Shown here piece by piece: positions 1 through 13,519 of a DNA stretch of 64,000 bases; position 1 is the stretch's first letter, and each line of letters begins with the position of its first letter. The notes beneath the pieces were generated by a model that was not told the origin of the DNA, ran no database searches, and worked only from the letters and a program-made list of their open reading frames with translations. Where the stretch lies: assembly GCA_028023455.1 (NCBI GenBank), contig JAQFVV010000009.1, positions 15,376,001 through 15,440,000 of the forward strand, in the 5' to 3' direction. This DNA is from Epiperipatus broadwayi. Taxonomy: Eukaryota > Animalia > Onychophora. The translations under genes were made by a program, and so were the position numbers.

Positions 1-899
1 ATGAATTTAAAACAGCCACTTGTCATGCCTACAAACTAAAGTATGAATGAATATGAACATTTTTTTAGGCAACTGAAAATTTCCAAACATGTTTCAGAGA
101 TGGAAGTCATGTAACTAGCAACTCAAATAGCAATTCAATTGTTGGTCATTAAATAAGGATTTTTTTTTTCTTATTTAAAAAATAAAAAAAAACAAATGTT
201 TTATCAACCATCAGTTGATTAACCTGTCTTTTACCAGTGTCACTTTGTGGAGGAATGTTGGAAAGCACAGTGCTATTTAAGATCTTTGTAAACTAACAAT
301 TCTTAAGATGTTGATGTGATATTATAGGATTTAAAATGTATGAAATATATTTCCAAAAATTGATTCATGTTTTGACAGCCAAAAATTATGAAATTGCAGA
401 AAACAAATTAATAAAATATATTATTATAAAAGTTTCAATAGCAAATTGATACATTAACCATTTTATTATTATTTGTTTTCATATTATATGAATAATTTTT
501 GTGGCGTCAGATGCATCATCTTAATTTATCTTTAAATTTTTGTAATAATCATGTTCAATAAATATTGTAACTGGACTGGCACTTCTGACCCCTCTGTCAG
601 TTAATTAAACTCCTGATGAGCATATTCTAGGAAGGAGTCCCTCCCGCCACAACAATATTTCCTGCTCATCAGAGGGTGTAGCATTAAGAGACTGAAAACA
701 TCTAGAAATTTATCTGTTTGGTTTCCCAAATGGCACCACTAGAGTTTCAGTTCACTACACCTTACTTACCTAGATCAGATTATGCCAACATAGCTCAGCA
801 AACATGAGATTCCTGTGAACAAGTAAACTAGAAAATGGATGACATGAAATGAAATTGACGATATGTATTTTTTTAATAATAATTTATTGAATAACAATA

Positions 900-1230
900 T
901 TTGGATAACACTCCTTTAACCATTTATTGCAATACCAGTTCCACAGATCAGTTAGTCTACTCATCCTACCATTTCCACATATCAGTCTACTCTTCGGTAA
1001 CTTCTAATGTTTGGTCCCTCATTGATGATTATACAGTATTCATCCTTTTATCTTCCATAATACTGTTCTGGCAGCTTTCACCTAGCAGGGATTTATTTAG
1101 ATATCAATGTATATATCATGGATACCTCTCTTTATTATTTCTCTTTTGGGTGTTGATGTTACTCCTCATATGCACATATATCTCAATTTGTAGACATGTC
1201 TATTAATCTTCCTTGCAGAATACTCTTAGG
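900..1230 (-). mobile_element. Possible highly degenerate LINE 3' fragment
   Basis: Minus-strand pieces such as ARTVLWKIKG and GPNIRSYRR loosely resemble the post-RT C-terminus of RTE-like LINEs. There are many stops. Confidence 0.2.
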
Positions 1231-2467
1231 TAAGTTTAATTTATACATGGATCAATCACTTTTATTTAATCATTCAGGAGTTAATACAATGGACCTTTCA
1301 ATATATCAGCCTATATAAGCAATAAAAGAAATAAATTAAACAACCAATTCCAAAATAATTTTCTATAATATATTGCTACTTGTTTATGAAATTGTTTTTT
1401 AGAGTGTAACTGAAGAGATACAGTTAATTGCCTGCGATCTAATGAAGTTGATAATTTATTTTATATTATAAATGATCTTATGTTTTCATTATGTTTGTGT
1501 TATAATCATGATAAATATAAACAGAAATATATATATAAATATGTATATGAAAACAACTTTGTATAACAATAAATAAATATCAAACGCAGGGTTGATTTTA
1601 ACTAGATAATAAAAAAATGATAATACATAAAATGTGACTTTGAATACTATTACTTAATTTTGTGAAAATAAGTGACAGTATAGACTAATTAATGTTCATA
1701 AAATAAAATAAAAATTTCTAAAAATTAAATAAAAACATAGTGCCAAGTAGGAGCCTGAAGAATTGTGTGTGTGGGGTGGGGGGTCTTCAGAAAATTTCCT
1801 ATAATTATCAAAAACTCAAAATAACAAGTTAATAGTTCTGAAAAAAAAATTACTTAAAAGGAGTAAGAGTAAATGTAAGAAAAAAAATTATATTTCTTGC
1901 TCAATTTATTTAGGGATATTAACACAATAAAAACAAATAACTTCTTAAGTCAGAAGACAAAAAATAGATATCATTAAAATCTTGCTTTTCACAAGATGAA
2001 AGTGATTGTAAAAATAAAAAAATCTTGATTTTTTTTTATTTGCACATTAATGCCCGTATAAAAGTGACTTTGGATTTAAACAATTCAAACAGGCAGTTCT
2101 TCAATTGGAAAATCCATAGACATGAAATATATTGCATGAGATGTTTACAAATTCACCATATTTTCAATAGCTGTCCCAAACATCATATTTCAAAAGCTTT
2201 TACTTCTCATATGTCATTTTTTTTGTTGAGAGAGAAAGAAAGAGTCAGATCTCTTATTTTAACATTGTAAAACTCTGTGAAAATTGAAAGTAAATATATT
2301 ATTTTTTTCTCACTCAATATTAAACAATGCCAATCTAATTTAGCCAACTAATTTAAAATATCATCTACACAGTTTTTTTTTCTTTTCAAAAATAGTTCAT
2401 AACTTTTAATATATATATATGAATATACTAAACTTCTTTTTAAATCTTGCTTTTTATATGACTATTA

Positions 2468-2962
2468 CAGGGGTGGGCAAATAGCAGCCCGAGGGCCACA
2501 TGTGGCCCTCTAAGAGTTTTTATGCGGCCCGCCAAGACAATCAGAAAAATCCGCCTTGAAGTGAGATTTTCTTCCCATATACGACTGAAGATTCCTCTCT
2601 TATTTTCCACTAGGATGGCCACATCAATACACATGTGCAGTGTAGATACGATGTGCAGTGCTTTGCCAGTTAATCTGGTTAATTTTAATTTTGTCTTTGC
2701 ATTAGCAAATATATACATTTCCAACTTTAGTGAAACCATGAACCCTCCAAAAAAATGTAAAATAGTTAATGAATGACGTGTGTTTAATGAAGAATGGACA
2801 AACAAATATTTCTTTGGTAATACAGGGAATAAAGCAGTGTGTTTATTGTGTCATGAAAAAAAGATACGGCCCTCCGTTAACCTTCACTCCCACAAAGTGG
2901 CCCCCGATGTGGGCCTTCGCCAAGCTCTGCGGCCCTCGAGCCAAAACAATTGCCCACCCCTG
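2468..2962 (+). mobile_element. Non-autonomous hAT (Charlie/SPIN-like) deletion derivative, 495 bp
   Basis: Perfect 13-bp TIRs (CAGGGGTGGGCAA / TTGCCCACCCCTG) and a perfect 8-bp TSD GACTATTA (2460-2467, 2963-2970). It keeps the transposase N-terminus FNEEWTNKYFFGNTGNKAVCLLCHE (from 2780) and subterminal CGGCCC motifs. Confidence 0.92.
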
Positions 2963-3899
2963 GACTATTATAAAAATATAACTACACACCAATGTTTCGA
3001 TTATTTTATAATATAGTCTTTTTCAAAGAAAATATTTTATTATGTAAATTGAACATTTTCAAAAAAAACTGAAAAATAAATATATAATGATTGAATTATA
3101 TTAAAAATAATATAGAGATGTCATATGTTGGGACTACAAAAAAATAAATTAGAAACTAGATTAAAACAGCATTTAAGTGATAAAAATTCTGTTATCTATA
3201 ATCATATGAATAAATTTAAACATAAAGTTTTTAAAATAAAACCTTTAGAATGTATAAATCATACAATGAAAGAAATATAAAGGAAGGACTTTTCTTAGTG
3301 AAATTAAACCTGAATTGAATAGAATATTAATAGAAAAAAAAAAGAAAATAATAGATTTGTTAATTAAATGTTTTTAGAGTAATTTTGATGGGTATATAAA
3401 TGTAAAAAAAAATTGATAAAGTTTTGAGATTGTTTCTAATAGAAATATACATATACAATATGCATGCACATTATAAGAGATGGATTGATGCAATATTTCA
3501 TCCCACTTTTACTTTGAACATATAATCAAATTAAGTATCTCGAAACTATAAATTTAATACTTACACATTTGTCACTTTCTTTATCTATTCCAGTTTGAAT
3601 TTAAATTTTATTACTGTAAGGTTTATTTTACAAACACCTATGCAATAGAATATTTTAATACTTTTCTACCATGCTAATGAAACTGATGTATAAATTATAT
3701 CACAGCAGCAAATCTCAACTCGTAATTTTAAACTAATTATAGCTTATATTTTAACACATAACATTTGGTGAACCAAATATAAATAACCTTAGATAGTTTA
3801 ACTCAAACATGGATCGAGAAAAGAATTTTAAAAGAAAAATCACAAATGATGAAATATAACTTTATATTTCAAACAAATTTAAAATAATATTTTTAAAAA

Positions 3900-6130
3900 T
3901 GCAATCACTCTCCACTAACAAAGATTTAATCTGTATTCATTCTTACTTTTCTATCACACTATAATATTAAATATTGAATATAAAATATACTATCTGGATT
4001 TCCAACAGAGCCTTATGGTTAGATATGGTATATTTACTACTCTAATAATTTATTAAACTATTCATAAAAACATAACTAACTAATACATTATTCATAGAAA
4101 GTTTATATGGCAATCCAATATCGAACATTCACAAATTTATCAATACAAGACTTGCAAAAGACAATATATTTAATGATTTGTAGCACTATTATTCAAGTTT
4201 ATTAAAGACAAAAATTATCACAATCAAATTAATCCATTTTGAAAAATATTGATCCTAGATATTAAATGTATATCCTGAATTCCTTTAATCTCCTTAATTC
4301 TTTTGATAGGTATGTATAAACACATAAATTCTTTGTCAAAACAAGCACTCCAGTCACTATGCCATGCCACTTTCATGCATATAATATTTTTAAAAAAAGT
4401 ACTTATATATTTTTATTCAATAACAATATATTATTTATTTCTTTATATATGAGGCACTTCCAATATCCTTTGCCAAAAGCTTCCTTTACTGGATAAGACT
4501 CTGGAATAATCATTCAAAATTTTATTGGAACACATATTAAAAGCATATTTCTTTGAAACTGGACAAACACAATTTAAATCCTTTAAACAAATTTTCAGTC
4601 AGATATTCTAGAATTTCAATATTCCAAATTTTCTTAATTTAATTTTTTTTAAAAAATGTGTTGTTTTTTTCTTTTATACTTTAGTTTAATACATACCCAT
4701 CTCTGCTATTGAAATGGAACAGATCTGATCCTGTTTAGGATAGACTTCTAGATAATGCTTTTTTACCCATCATGCATGGATAGGTAGGTACAAAAATGGC
4801 AATTTTGGATAAAAATAAGACTGATCTTATACTACACAGAAAATTTTATAGATTGACCTCTCATTTTAATTTACTGGTATTTATAAGTTATCTCTTATGA
4901 CATCAAAATTTTTCATAATGTATTTTTCCTTGTAGTTGATTTCCATGACATCTCCATAGTATAATAAATAATCAGATGAGATCCTATAGTTTTTTCACTC
5001 AGTGATCGGGAAAGTACATTCATTTTGTAATATAAAACAATAAAATAATAATAAAAAAATGTTTAACATCAATTTCTTATAAACAAATAAATGAAAATGC
5101 ATTTATCCATTTATTAAAAAATCTTATTAAAGCAATAAATATTTGTCAATAAACATTATTAGATCAATAAAATTTTATTAATATTTTAACATCAGTAATT
5201 TCATTAAGTTTTATATTCTGTTATTTTAGAAATACTTATTAAATCTAAACATTTAATTATCTAAGATTTTAGTAATTGTTTTGTTAAGTTTTTCTAGCAC
5301 ATTTTTCTAATTTTGCAAATATTATTTACATAAGTGCCCCATACATTTATATGTAAATGTAACAAAAATTTTATAGTACTTCTTGATTTAACTGATAATT
5401 TATTCATTTTAAATTTGTAGTAAATATTCCAATTTGGTAAAGTTTGACTACTTATGATCTCACTTTATTCACAAACACTAATCTATGTGTAACTGGATTT
5501 ATAGCCATCGCTAGCACAATTCACTAACTGTTAATCAAATTATTATAAAAAAGCAATATTTAATTTTTGAAAATATTCAAAACTGATATTTGAAGTTTTA
5601 AAAAAAATGCCTTTGTGGAATTTTATCCTTGGTTTTACACCTATCGCTTGATCTTCCTATTTATTGTGAAATATATAATCAAGAAAATTTTTGAACAATT
5701 CATACCTTGTAGACTATGATAGTATTAGTACCAAAATATAATGCTACACTATGTATGTCTCAAATGCCTATTGAGATACAAAAAGCTTCTCCAGATCCTG
5801 CTATAGTAAAATAGCAAAGGAAAAGACATTAATCACAGAACAGTGAACAGCTAATTGGTGAAAGTTTTTATGGTTTTCTTTCTTGTTTTTACTCACTATC
5901 TATAAATAGCTATATACCCATTTATTAACTAGTAACTACACATCTACATAAAAAATACTAATTTAAATTTTAAAAAAGCCCACTTATTTAAAAAAATTTC
6001 AAAGTTCCATTCAGAATTGAACTTTAGGTCTTTAGCATAACATGCTAAAGCACTATTACATTATAAAAAAACTTAATATTCATAAATAAATTCCATGCTA
6101 GAAAGACCTCCTGAACAACTCTTCATAAAA
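3900..6130 (-). mobile_element. Degenerate L1/Tx1-like LINE ORF2 relic
   Basis: Scattered minus-strand peptides in the expected order: GGLSSMEF (~6100), RGQSIKFLCSIRSVLFLSKIAIF (~4800-4865) and CLFCKSC (~4150). They parallel the better preserved L1/Tx1 at 52.4-53.8 kb. Boundaries are approximate. Confidence 0.4.
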
Positions 6131-6879
6131 TAACAATAAATAAGTCAGCTCTTAATAGGTTTATAACTGGATTTTGAGCAATTTTCCATCCTTGTTTTAT
6201 TATTTTACTAAAAATATCTAGATATTTATTTAGTGATCAATACTAGGTAGTAGTTAGTTGAGGTGTTTTTGAGCTGGCTATCTCAAATAAAAATTTCAAG
6301 TATATTGGGAAAAAATTTTTAAGTTTACACAGTCTGAATTTAAACCTTATTATAAACATGGCAACCTAGATGTGCTACTATTAAACCATGAGATTTTCTC
6401 TATATAAATATACACACTATATATCTAATAAAATTGAATATGCATTATATAGACATCCAAACTAAATGAGCTTAATTGTACAAAAAAGACACTAATTGGG
6501 GATATATGATGCACAATGTACACACATAATATTATATGTAACTCATCTTGATTTCCGTTAGCCTATCAGCTTTTCTAACACAATTTAATGAAAATTTATG
6601 CGCAAACACATTAATATACATATATGTAGTGTGCATGATATTTAAATGTCTTAAATTAGTTATTTTCACATAACATATATGTAAGTGGATAAATAGATAT
6701 ACATTTAATCTTAACAATGTAAAAGTTCAACCAAGTTTATGACACGAGTTTAAATATTAAGTTACTAGAATAAATGCAAAAGCGAGCTAAGCAAATGATC
6801 AAATATTATCACTGGAATTATTATATAGCCAAGTTATTCAACTGTCTATGAGCAAAAAATTTAAAAAAAAATAAATTAC

Positions 6880-6956
6880 TGCCTATGCTAAAGCGGCGAA
6901 ACATGGATCTTGGGCTCCAGAAAAACGCTACTTAACCACTGCACTAAATCACGCAA
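6880..6956 (-). mobile_element. Old tRNA-derived SINE head remnant (family related to 51770-51845)
   Basis: The minus strand reads GTGATTTAGTGCAGTGGTTAAG...CTGGAGCCCAAGATCC, with an A-box-like motif and a degraded B-box. A similar sequence lies at 51770-51845 (GATTTAATGCAGTGATAG...CTGGAGCTGAAAATTC). Confidence 0.35.
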
Positions 6957-8039
6957 GGTTACAAAAATTAAACATATATAAATATCAAAATCCTTATAAA
7001 ATTTATGTATAAGTTTTAAAGTATACTACTTACAAATTGGAATTAAAAACTTTTTTTTTAAGATCCAGTCTTCAGTTATGAATTTATTATATTAGGTTAA
7101 AAAAACATTTTTCTTATAGGTGGTTTAAAGATTTTTATTCAATTCTAAGCTGTTCAATAAGAAATTCCAAGTTAAGGTGAGTAGGTTAAGCAATCACTCA
7201 CTGCCAAACTTTTGATTTTACCCAGTAAACACGGACAAAATGTGTTACAAGAACCAGCTGCAGTTTATCCAGCGGTTGAAAAACTCAATCATTCAGATTT
7301 TCTTAATCAACATTTTCTTCAAATCCTCGAACGAAGAAAAAAATTATATAAAATAATCATGACATTTCTGATTTATGTAGAAATGAGAGGGGGTGGGGAA
7401 TGAAAAACATACTCTGTTTAGCATTGATATTTAAAATACTAATAATTTTAACATGAAGATTATATTTGCTAAAATACTTATTATGAAGGACCCTACTCAT
7501 TTAAGTGCAATAATCAAAGTTTGTTGTGTGTGTATGTCTGAGATTTTATGAGTGTTTTCATTCTATGCGCGCATATTCGTCAATCGATAACTTCATTTTC
7601 AATCCCTATGGATCCATTGCAGGATAGTCTTTCTAAGTTTAATGCAGTTTTTTTTTATCCATAGCTTCTCCTCTCTATATCACATTAATAAATTTCTTCA
7701 CTTCATACATCCACCTCTCATACAGTCTCTTTCTCACTTTTACAAGATTTAAGATTTCTACTGTCTATCTGCTATTATCTCTTCTAAAAACATGTCCATC
7801 CCAACTGCATTTCAATTTCTTAAATCTTTTGATATGCAAATTATACCTGTTTGTTCTCTCAACTAAACATTTTTCATTTCTAAATACAGAAATATTTCCT
7901 TTAATACTAAATTATTTCAACCAAAAGTACCCTTATCTAAGTTTAATTCTATAATTAATTTCATCCATAGTAAATACAATTTATCCAAACTGCTTCAAAC
8001 ACTTTTTAGCAAAACTCTTTATTTGTACATACACATACA

Positions 8040-8075
8040 CCTTATGTTTCAACTGACCTGCAGTCTTCTTCAGAG
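8040..8075 (-). ncRNA. Minimal hammerhead-like motif (CUGAAGA type), left arm
   Basis: The minus strand reads CU CUGAAGA A GACU GCAGGUC AGUU GAAAC AUA AGG. It has the core, a 4-bp stem II and GAAA, but stem I is weak (2 bp). Confidence 0.5.
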
Positions 8076-8138
8076 CAAGTTTATTTTGACCTTCTAAATA
8101 AAAAAAATCGTTTTATTTAGAAGATCAAAATAAACTTG

Positions 8139-8173
8139 CTCTGAAGAAGACTGCAGGTTAGTCGAAGAGTAAG
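8139..8173 (+). ncRNA. Minimal hammerhead-like motif (CUGAAGA type), right arm, degenerate
   Basis: Reads CU CUGAAGA A GACU GCAGGUU AGUC GAAG AGUA AGG. Stem II (GACU/AGUC) is perfect, but GAAA is changed to GAAG. Confidence 0.4.
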
Positions 8174-8468
8174 GTGTATGTATATGTACAAATAATGAGT
8201 TTTGCTAAAAAGTGTTTGAAGCGGTTTGGCTAAATTGTATTTATAGGATATTATGGCAAACATAAAAAAAAAGTGTGATTTTGGTAATATTCATCCATAG
8301 TAGTAATATTTGCACTAATAATTTGAAATAAACATTTGTAGTTATTAATTTCTAATTCATGATTATCAATATTTTTTTTTTCTTTGATAACTTTAATCTT
8401 TTTAATATTTTATCTTTAATCCAACTTTCTTATTTAGCTGATAACTCTTGCAACAATTCTTAAAGTTA

Positions 8469-8938
8469 TAAAATGCGCTAAAACGCACAAACACATAAAG
8501 CTGAAGATAAAGAAATCTTAATACTGTAGATTGATATAAACTAAATATATGTATCCAAGTATGTGACTAAGCATTTTCAAGGGCTGAGATCCTCATATTC
8601 ATAACCATCTTGTAAATAAATAGGTCGGTTGTTTGCAGAGGGTGACACGATCTTAAGAGAAAAATAAAGGAAGCTTACTTTATCGCTAAAGATAACATTT
8701 CTATAAACAGAAAAGACTCTTGTTATAAGATCTCCAGGGAATGGAATACTTAACTACCTCATTTACATAAATTTGCATCACTCTTAACCAACCTATTTAT
8801 TTACAAGATGGCTATGAATATGAGGACCTCAGCCCTCGAAAGCACAATGCTTGGATACATATATTTAGTTTATATCAATCTGTAGTATTAAGATTTCTTT
8901 ATCTTCAGCTTTGAGTGTGTGTGTTTTAGTGCATTTTA
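8469..8938. mobile_element. Foldback MITE, ~470 bp, long TIRs, TA-flanked
   Basis: Imperfect inverted arms of ~165 bp (8469-~8640 vs ~8780-8938) surround a ~140-bp spacer. TA lies on both sides. It is inserted in the RTE relic. Confidence 0.85.
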
Positions 8939-10792
8939 TATATTTATACCTTGGAATAATTAGCCACAAAGTCTAAACTTTTTGCTCATTTCAATTCTTA
9001 AAGTTCTGAAATGCCTCTTCATCTTTTATTTTTAACATCACAAAACCCAACAGGTCTCATTTAATATTGGACATTTCTTCTTCCAATTGATGTAATCTTC
9101 CTTCACTCAAAAATAATTTGCAATTGTAGATACCTTAGATCTACAATCAAGAGATTTTTTGCACTTTCTGCTTTTCATCAGTAACTACTCCCTTGGCTGA
9201 TGACTCTACAATTGTGTGCACACACACATTCATCCTGTCTTCAAGAAAACTTAATTGTTGTTTCAGTTAAGAACTATCAGACAACTTTGAGGAAAGACCA
9301 TGGTCTTTCTTAGTTTTAAATTCATAGACAAAAAAGTTAATAAACTTCTGGCTAATGTCTGTTGATGAAGATTCATTCCTTATTCATTTACCATATGAAT
9401 GATCATGTAATAATAACAGTTGTAATGACAAGAACTTATGGATAGGACATTAAAAAGTTTTCCCTACTCAATTCCTTTAAGTCCCCAAACAGGAATAAAA
9501 AAGTATTTTGGTTACTGACACACTTCTTTCTGTAATCTAAAGTATTGTTTATTACTGCATAATCTGATAGATTATTTGACAATTATGTTGAATAGCTCTC
9601 ACAAGAAAGTCTAAGCCACTGAACCAGACCACATACAATCTATCTGAATGAATGGTCCTCCTTTGAATCAAAAAATCAGAAATTAAAAACCATATAGTAG
9701 TGTTTAATGTACCAAATACTAATAAATATTAATAATTATAAATATGAAAATGATTTATTCATTTACAAATACTAGACCTCTTTTTAATTATCTATTTGCC
9801 AATTGACCAATCTTTTATCTTTTTTTTTCTTGACATACAATGGATTTCACTTCAAAAAAATATTTGCTCTAATATCTGGGATAACAGTTGCGATATATGT
9901 AGCAAAGATCTTTAATTCTAAATATTTTACCTTTACTATTACTAGCTGTTACTTACAATGACTTGCCAGAAAAGGAAGACACAAATATATTGTGTTTGCT
10001 GAAACAATTTTATTGTAAAATATTCCGACTACATTATTTAAATAGTCAGTTTCAGTCTTTCTTATATGAGTCTAATTGCACTCCTCTTTCCTTTCAAAAT
10101 AAAAAAAAACAACAACAATATATTGAGTTATATACATATACTGTGTATATTTAGAACAGTAAAGAAATAAGACAGAAAAAATATTTTCTATGGATAAGTA
10201 ATTAGTACAAATTAGCCAAGTTACTTCCAGAAAAAAAAATCATTAGCAATCTCATATCAAATATAATAGATCCGCCACTAATATTATTAAGAGATTCATA
10301 TTAATCACTTTAACCATGCTTAAATTGACTATTGAAAATATTGTACATGCATAACTTTTGCACTTTAAAAATTGCCAGCCTTCATAAGTCATTGGTGCTT
10401 TATGAAGAACAATCTACCCTCTGCAATTATTTTATTTTATTATTAATATTAAGTTTTAGCTAATCACAACTTTTTATCAATTTTTCATGCAGATATTTCT
10501 GTATATTCATATACAGTAGCATCTCACAATAATAGTTCCCAGTTAATGGCTTTCCATTACTTCTAACAAGCACTTATAACTGGGGATTTTTCAAAATGGA
10601 TAAAGTTATTAAACATTATGATTATAAATATTTCCCCATTAATTATACTGGACCAATACTATATTTAGTACTTGTGATTAAAAAAAAAAAGTTATTAAGT
10701 AGGGCTGATGTTATTTAATGTTTAGACTGTAATATAACTGAGAGATCTTTAAAAAGAAAAATGTCGAAAAATATGTTACACTTTCAAATGAA

Positions 10793-11112
10793 TAGAATAT
10801 TAAAATAAATAAACATGAAATTTTATTTGGAACAAGTTTATTCACAAAATGTTTATTTTTCTTTATTTCATATTTACAAATTAAAAATTGTTGAAAGAAC
10901 ATGTTGCATATTAACATTCAGGATTTATGAAAAAAGGTAGGATAGCATATTCAAGAATTTAAATCCCTTGATTGAAGTGTAGAAACATCAACATGACTTC
11001 CCAAGTAATAGACCATTCAATTAAAAAATAATAATAGAATAAATATTACAATGTGCATGGAATTTTATTTGAATCAAGTTTACTCATAAAACTTTTATTT
11101 TTCTTAATTTCA
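10793..11112. repeat. Diverged ~80-bp direct repeat pair
   Basis: ATAGAATA...ATTTTATTTG(G/A)A(A/T)CAAGTTTA(T/C)TCA(C/T)AAAA...TTTATTTTTCTT(T/A)ATTTCAT occurs at ~10793-10870 and ~11034-11112. Confidence 0.55.
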
Positions 11113-12626
11113 TTCTTATCTAAAAATTAAAAATAATCCCCTTCCCCTCTAATTAAATACACAAATCATTTTCAATACTTGTTAAAGCAAGATTTTATAA
11201 CAAGCTTTTGTAGTGAAACACACATTTGTCCCAAGCCATCTTCACATATATTATGCTCATATATAATAACACATATTTTATTAATAAAACTTTTATCCTA
11301 ATAGAATAAATATTACTTTACTGAACTACAAGTGTATGCATTTTTCATATACGCACATATATATATATAACACAAATACTTTTTATGTGTACACTATGCA
11401 TGCATAAATAAAGATTATAGTATAACAAAAATAAAATAATTAATAATAATAATGTAGATATTAAATTGTGGGAGCCCATCTATATATACATTTGTTACAA
11501 TTCAATCAATCATATTCATTGAAAAATTAAAAATACTAAAAATGTTTTTTGTACTATATCTCTATATTTTAACAAAAAAAAGAAGAATAGTGAAATGTTA
11601 AACTTTTATCACAATTAAATACACACTGAACAATATCTTTTCTTTGATAATTTTTTCCACTCTATAGAAATGCTATAATAGTCACATTATCAATAAACTA
11701 CTTTGACATTTTAAAGTCCATATCAATTTTTGAATCTATATGGTAACTACTATTTGCCATTTCCCATTTTAATTTATTAGTTAAAATTCAAGCTTCCAGA
11801 TGGAATTCAAGAACATTTTACTTTTTTTTTTTTCTGGCAATGTTAAATTGCTAGTTTTCATTTTATCACTTGAGAAAAATACTTTGTGAATTTTCTTAAA
11901 ATTTGAAAAAACTTTTAGCTTTTACATTTAGAAAACATTTATTATTTAAAATATTATACCATTTCAGAATTTAGAAAGAATTAAAAAAAAGTGAATCATG
12001 AAATGTTTTCACATACCACAAATAAATTATTTGTAATAAATGTGATCACATATGGTGCTTCAAGATGGAAAAATGGCTGTTGTCACATTGTAAAATTTAT
12101 TTCAAGAATTTAAATGTTTTTAATTTTTGTTTCTTTACATATTTTTTTTTGAACATCATATAACTGAAATAGTGTCTACTGATGCAGTGTATATCATGAC
12201 TTCACCATTTTCTTGCTGTAAATGCATTTTAATAAAATTGATTATTGCAGCAACACTTCATTCATAGATCAGACATTATTTTTATGAACATTATTTAATT
12301 CATACTTCAATGACCTTATGTGCACATAAATGAATTATAGTGCATTTTTTAATTAATGGCCATCATTTAATATATTTAGTATTTTTTAAAAATATATTTG
12401 CATGATATTGTGAAAACAGTGCCCTTGTAAATGCTTGGCATAATACCTCTTACTTTAAATGATTGACTTGATATAACCATAAGCTAGAATTAGTTTACCA
12501 AAGAAAAACTATCATGAATAAAAAAGTTTTTAAAAGAAATTAAATTGCTACTCCTGGTTATATTAAAATAATTAAAAAACATGATGGTCTTATTACAGAA
12601 ATTAAAAAAATATATATTGATGATAT

Positions 12627-12841
12627 TGTACCGGTCGAAAAACACACATTGATCCAACAAACCCCTGAATACAGATAAAGTACCTTGAGTCCGACCATAT
12701 ACAAATCAGGTACATCGTGAATTCTGCCCTATTTACCTATATCCTCAGGTCAAAGATCTAATCAATAGCCTTTCTCAATGATACGATTGAATTCCTTTAC
12801 TTTCATCGTGCCGGCAGCTGGGTCTTAAAGTATGAGATACA
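12627..12841. mobile_element. Possible solo LTR (~215 bp)
   Basis: A CpG-retaining island bounded by TGTA...TACA. The flanks ATAT and ATTT are only a 3/4 match. Confidence 0.3.
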
Positions 12842-13519
12842 ATTTTTATTATATTTAAATGAGAACTTGGGTGATTGATTAATAGATATATTTAAAAATA
12901 AAAATTTATTTAAAATAAAAGTAAATAAAATGATTCGAGGAACACTGGGTTTGGTTTTAGTTATATATATATTTAAGCATTTTACATTAGTCTAGCTCAA
13001 GCTCTTTTAAAAAAAAAAATACAATCTTTAAATTAACTTTATAAATCATACAAGTTCATGAAGAATTTATATTAGCGGTTATCTTTTACATTGTTTAGTT
13101 TATATATTTTTACTTTTGGTTAGTTATTTTCCATTAAAATCTGACAAAAATAATTTTATAATTAAATGATAACGGATTTTTAAAATTCCCTGTACACATT
13201 TAGTACAAGCTTGTAATATAGCGGCAGGTTTAAACATCTGCCTAACGCACATATATAAGAATGACTATTTTCATGAATTCTTTATACAAGATTTAAAAAA
13301 AAAAAACATTTCTATTGAAAAAGACATTAATTAAATAGACGATTATAATAAGACTAATTTGACGTCTTACTCCATTAACATATATATATAAAAAAAAGAT
13401 TTTATTTCTCTTTATAAAAATAATAATTTAGATTTCAAATAACTAATGTTTGGTGACAATAGTGGACCTTGCTGGAATAGCTTATAACTAACTTTACTGT
13501 GATTAAAACTGTAAGCTGT

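Larger units (their letters stand above)
7973..8289. mobile_element. 317-bp palindromic non-autonomous insertion with 13-bp TSD (Penelope-like derivative candidate)
   Basis: Arms of ~130 bp run 7971-8103 and 8111-8243 around a short central loop. The direct repeat TTCATCCATAGTA flanks it at 7960-7972 and 8290-8302. Each arm carries an HHR-like core. Confidence 0.85.
7640..9160 (-). mobile_element. Internally deleted RTE-clade LINE relic interrupted by two insertions
   Basis: The endonuclease start IYNCKLFLSEGRLHQLEEEMSNIK*DLLGF lies at ~9050-9135. A post-RT segment LQELS...IDNHELEINNYK (8302-8455) matches the 56691-56927 ORF. A C-terminal SWDGHVFRRDNS-like segment lies at ~7760-7810. Confidence 0.72.

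Noticed and set aside
613-672. CTGATGAGCA / TGCTCATCAG inverted pair giving CUGAUGA on both strands, with GAAA 4 nt downstream on minus
   Set aside because: There is no stem II, and no UH plus stem I closure can be built. It is only a 10-bp hairpin.
8810-8860. GAGG-loop-CCTC-GAAA-GCA-CAA-TGC-TT in the foldback MITE resembling an HHR 3' half
   Set aside because: No CUGANGA lies upstream in either arm, and the other arm does not conserve the motif.
9170-9190. CUGAUGA-AAAGCA-GAAA on minus
   Set aside because: There is no stem II or flanking helices, so this is a chance match in AT-rich DNA.
11990-12480. Possible hAT transposase fragment on minus (HCFHNIM, IINFIK-like)
   Set aside because: The motifs are too short and degenerate to support a call.
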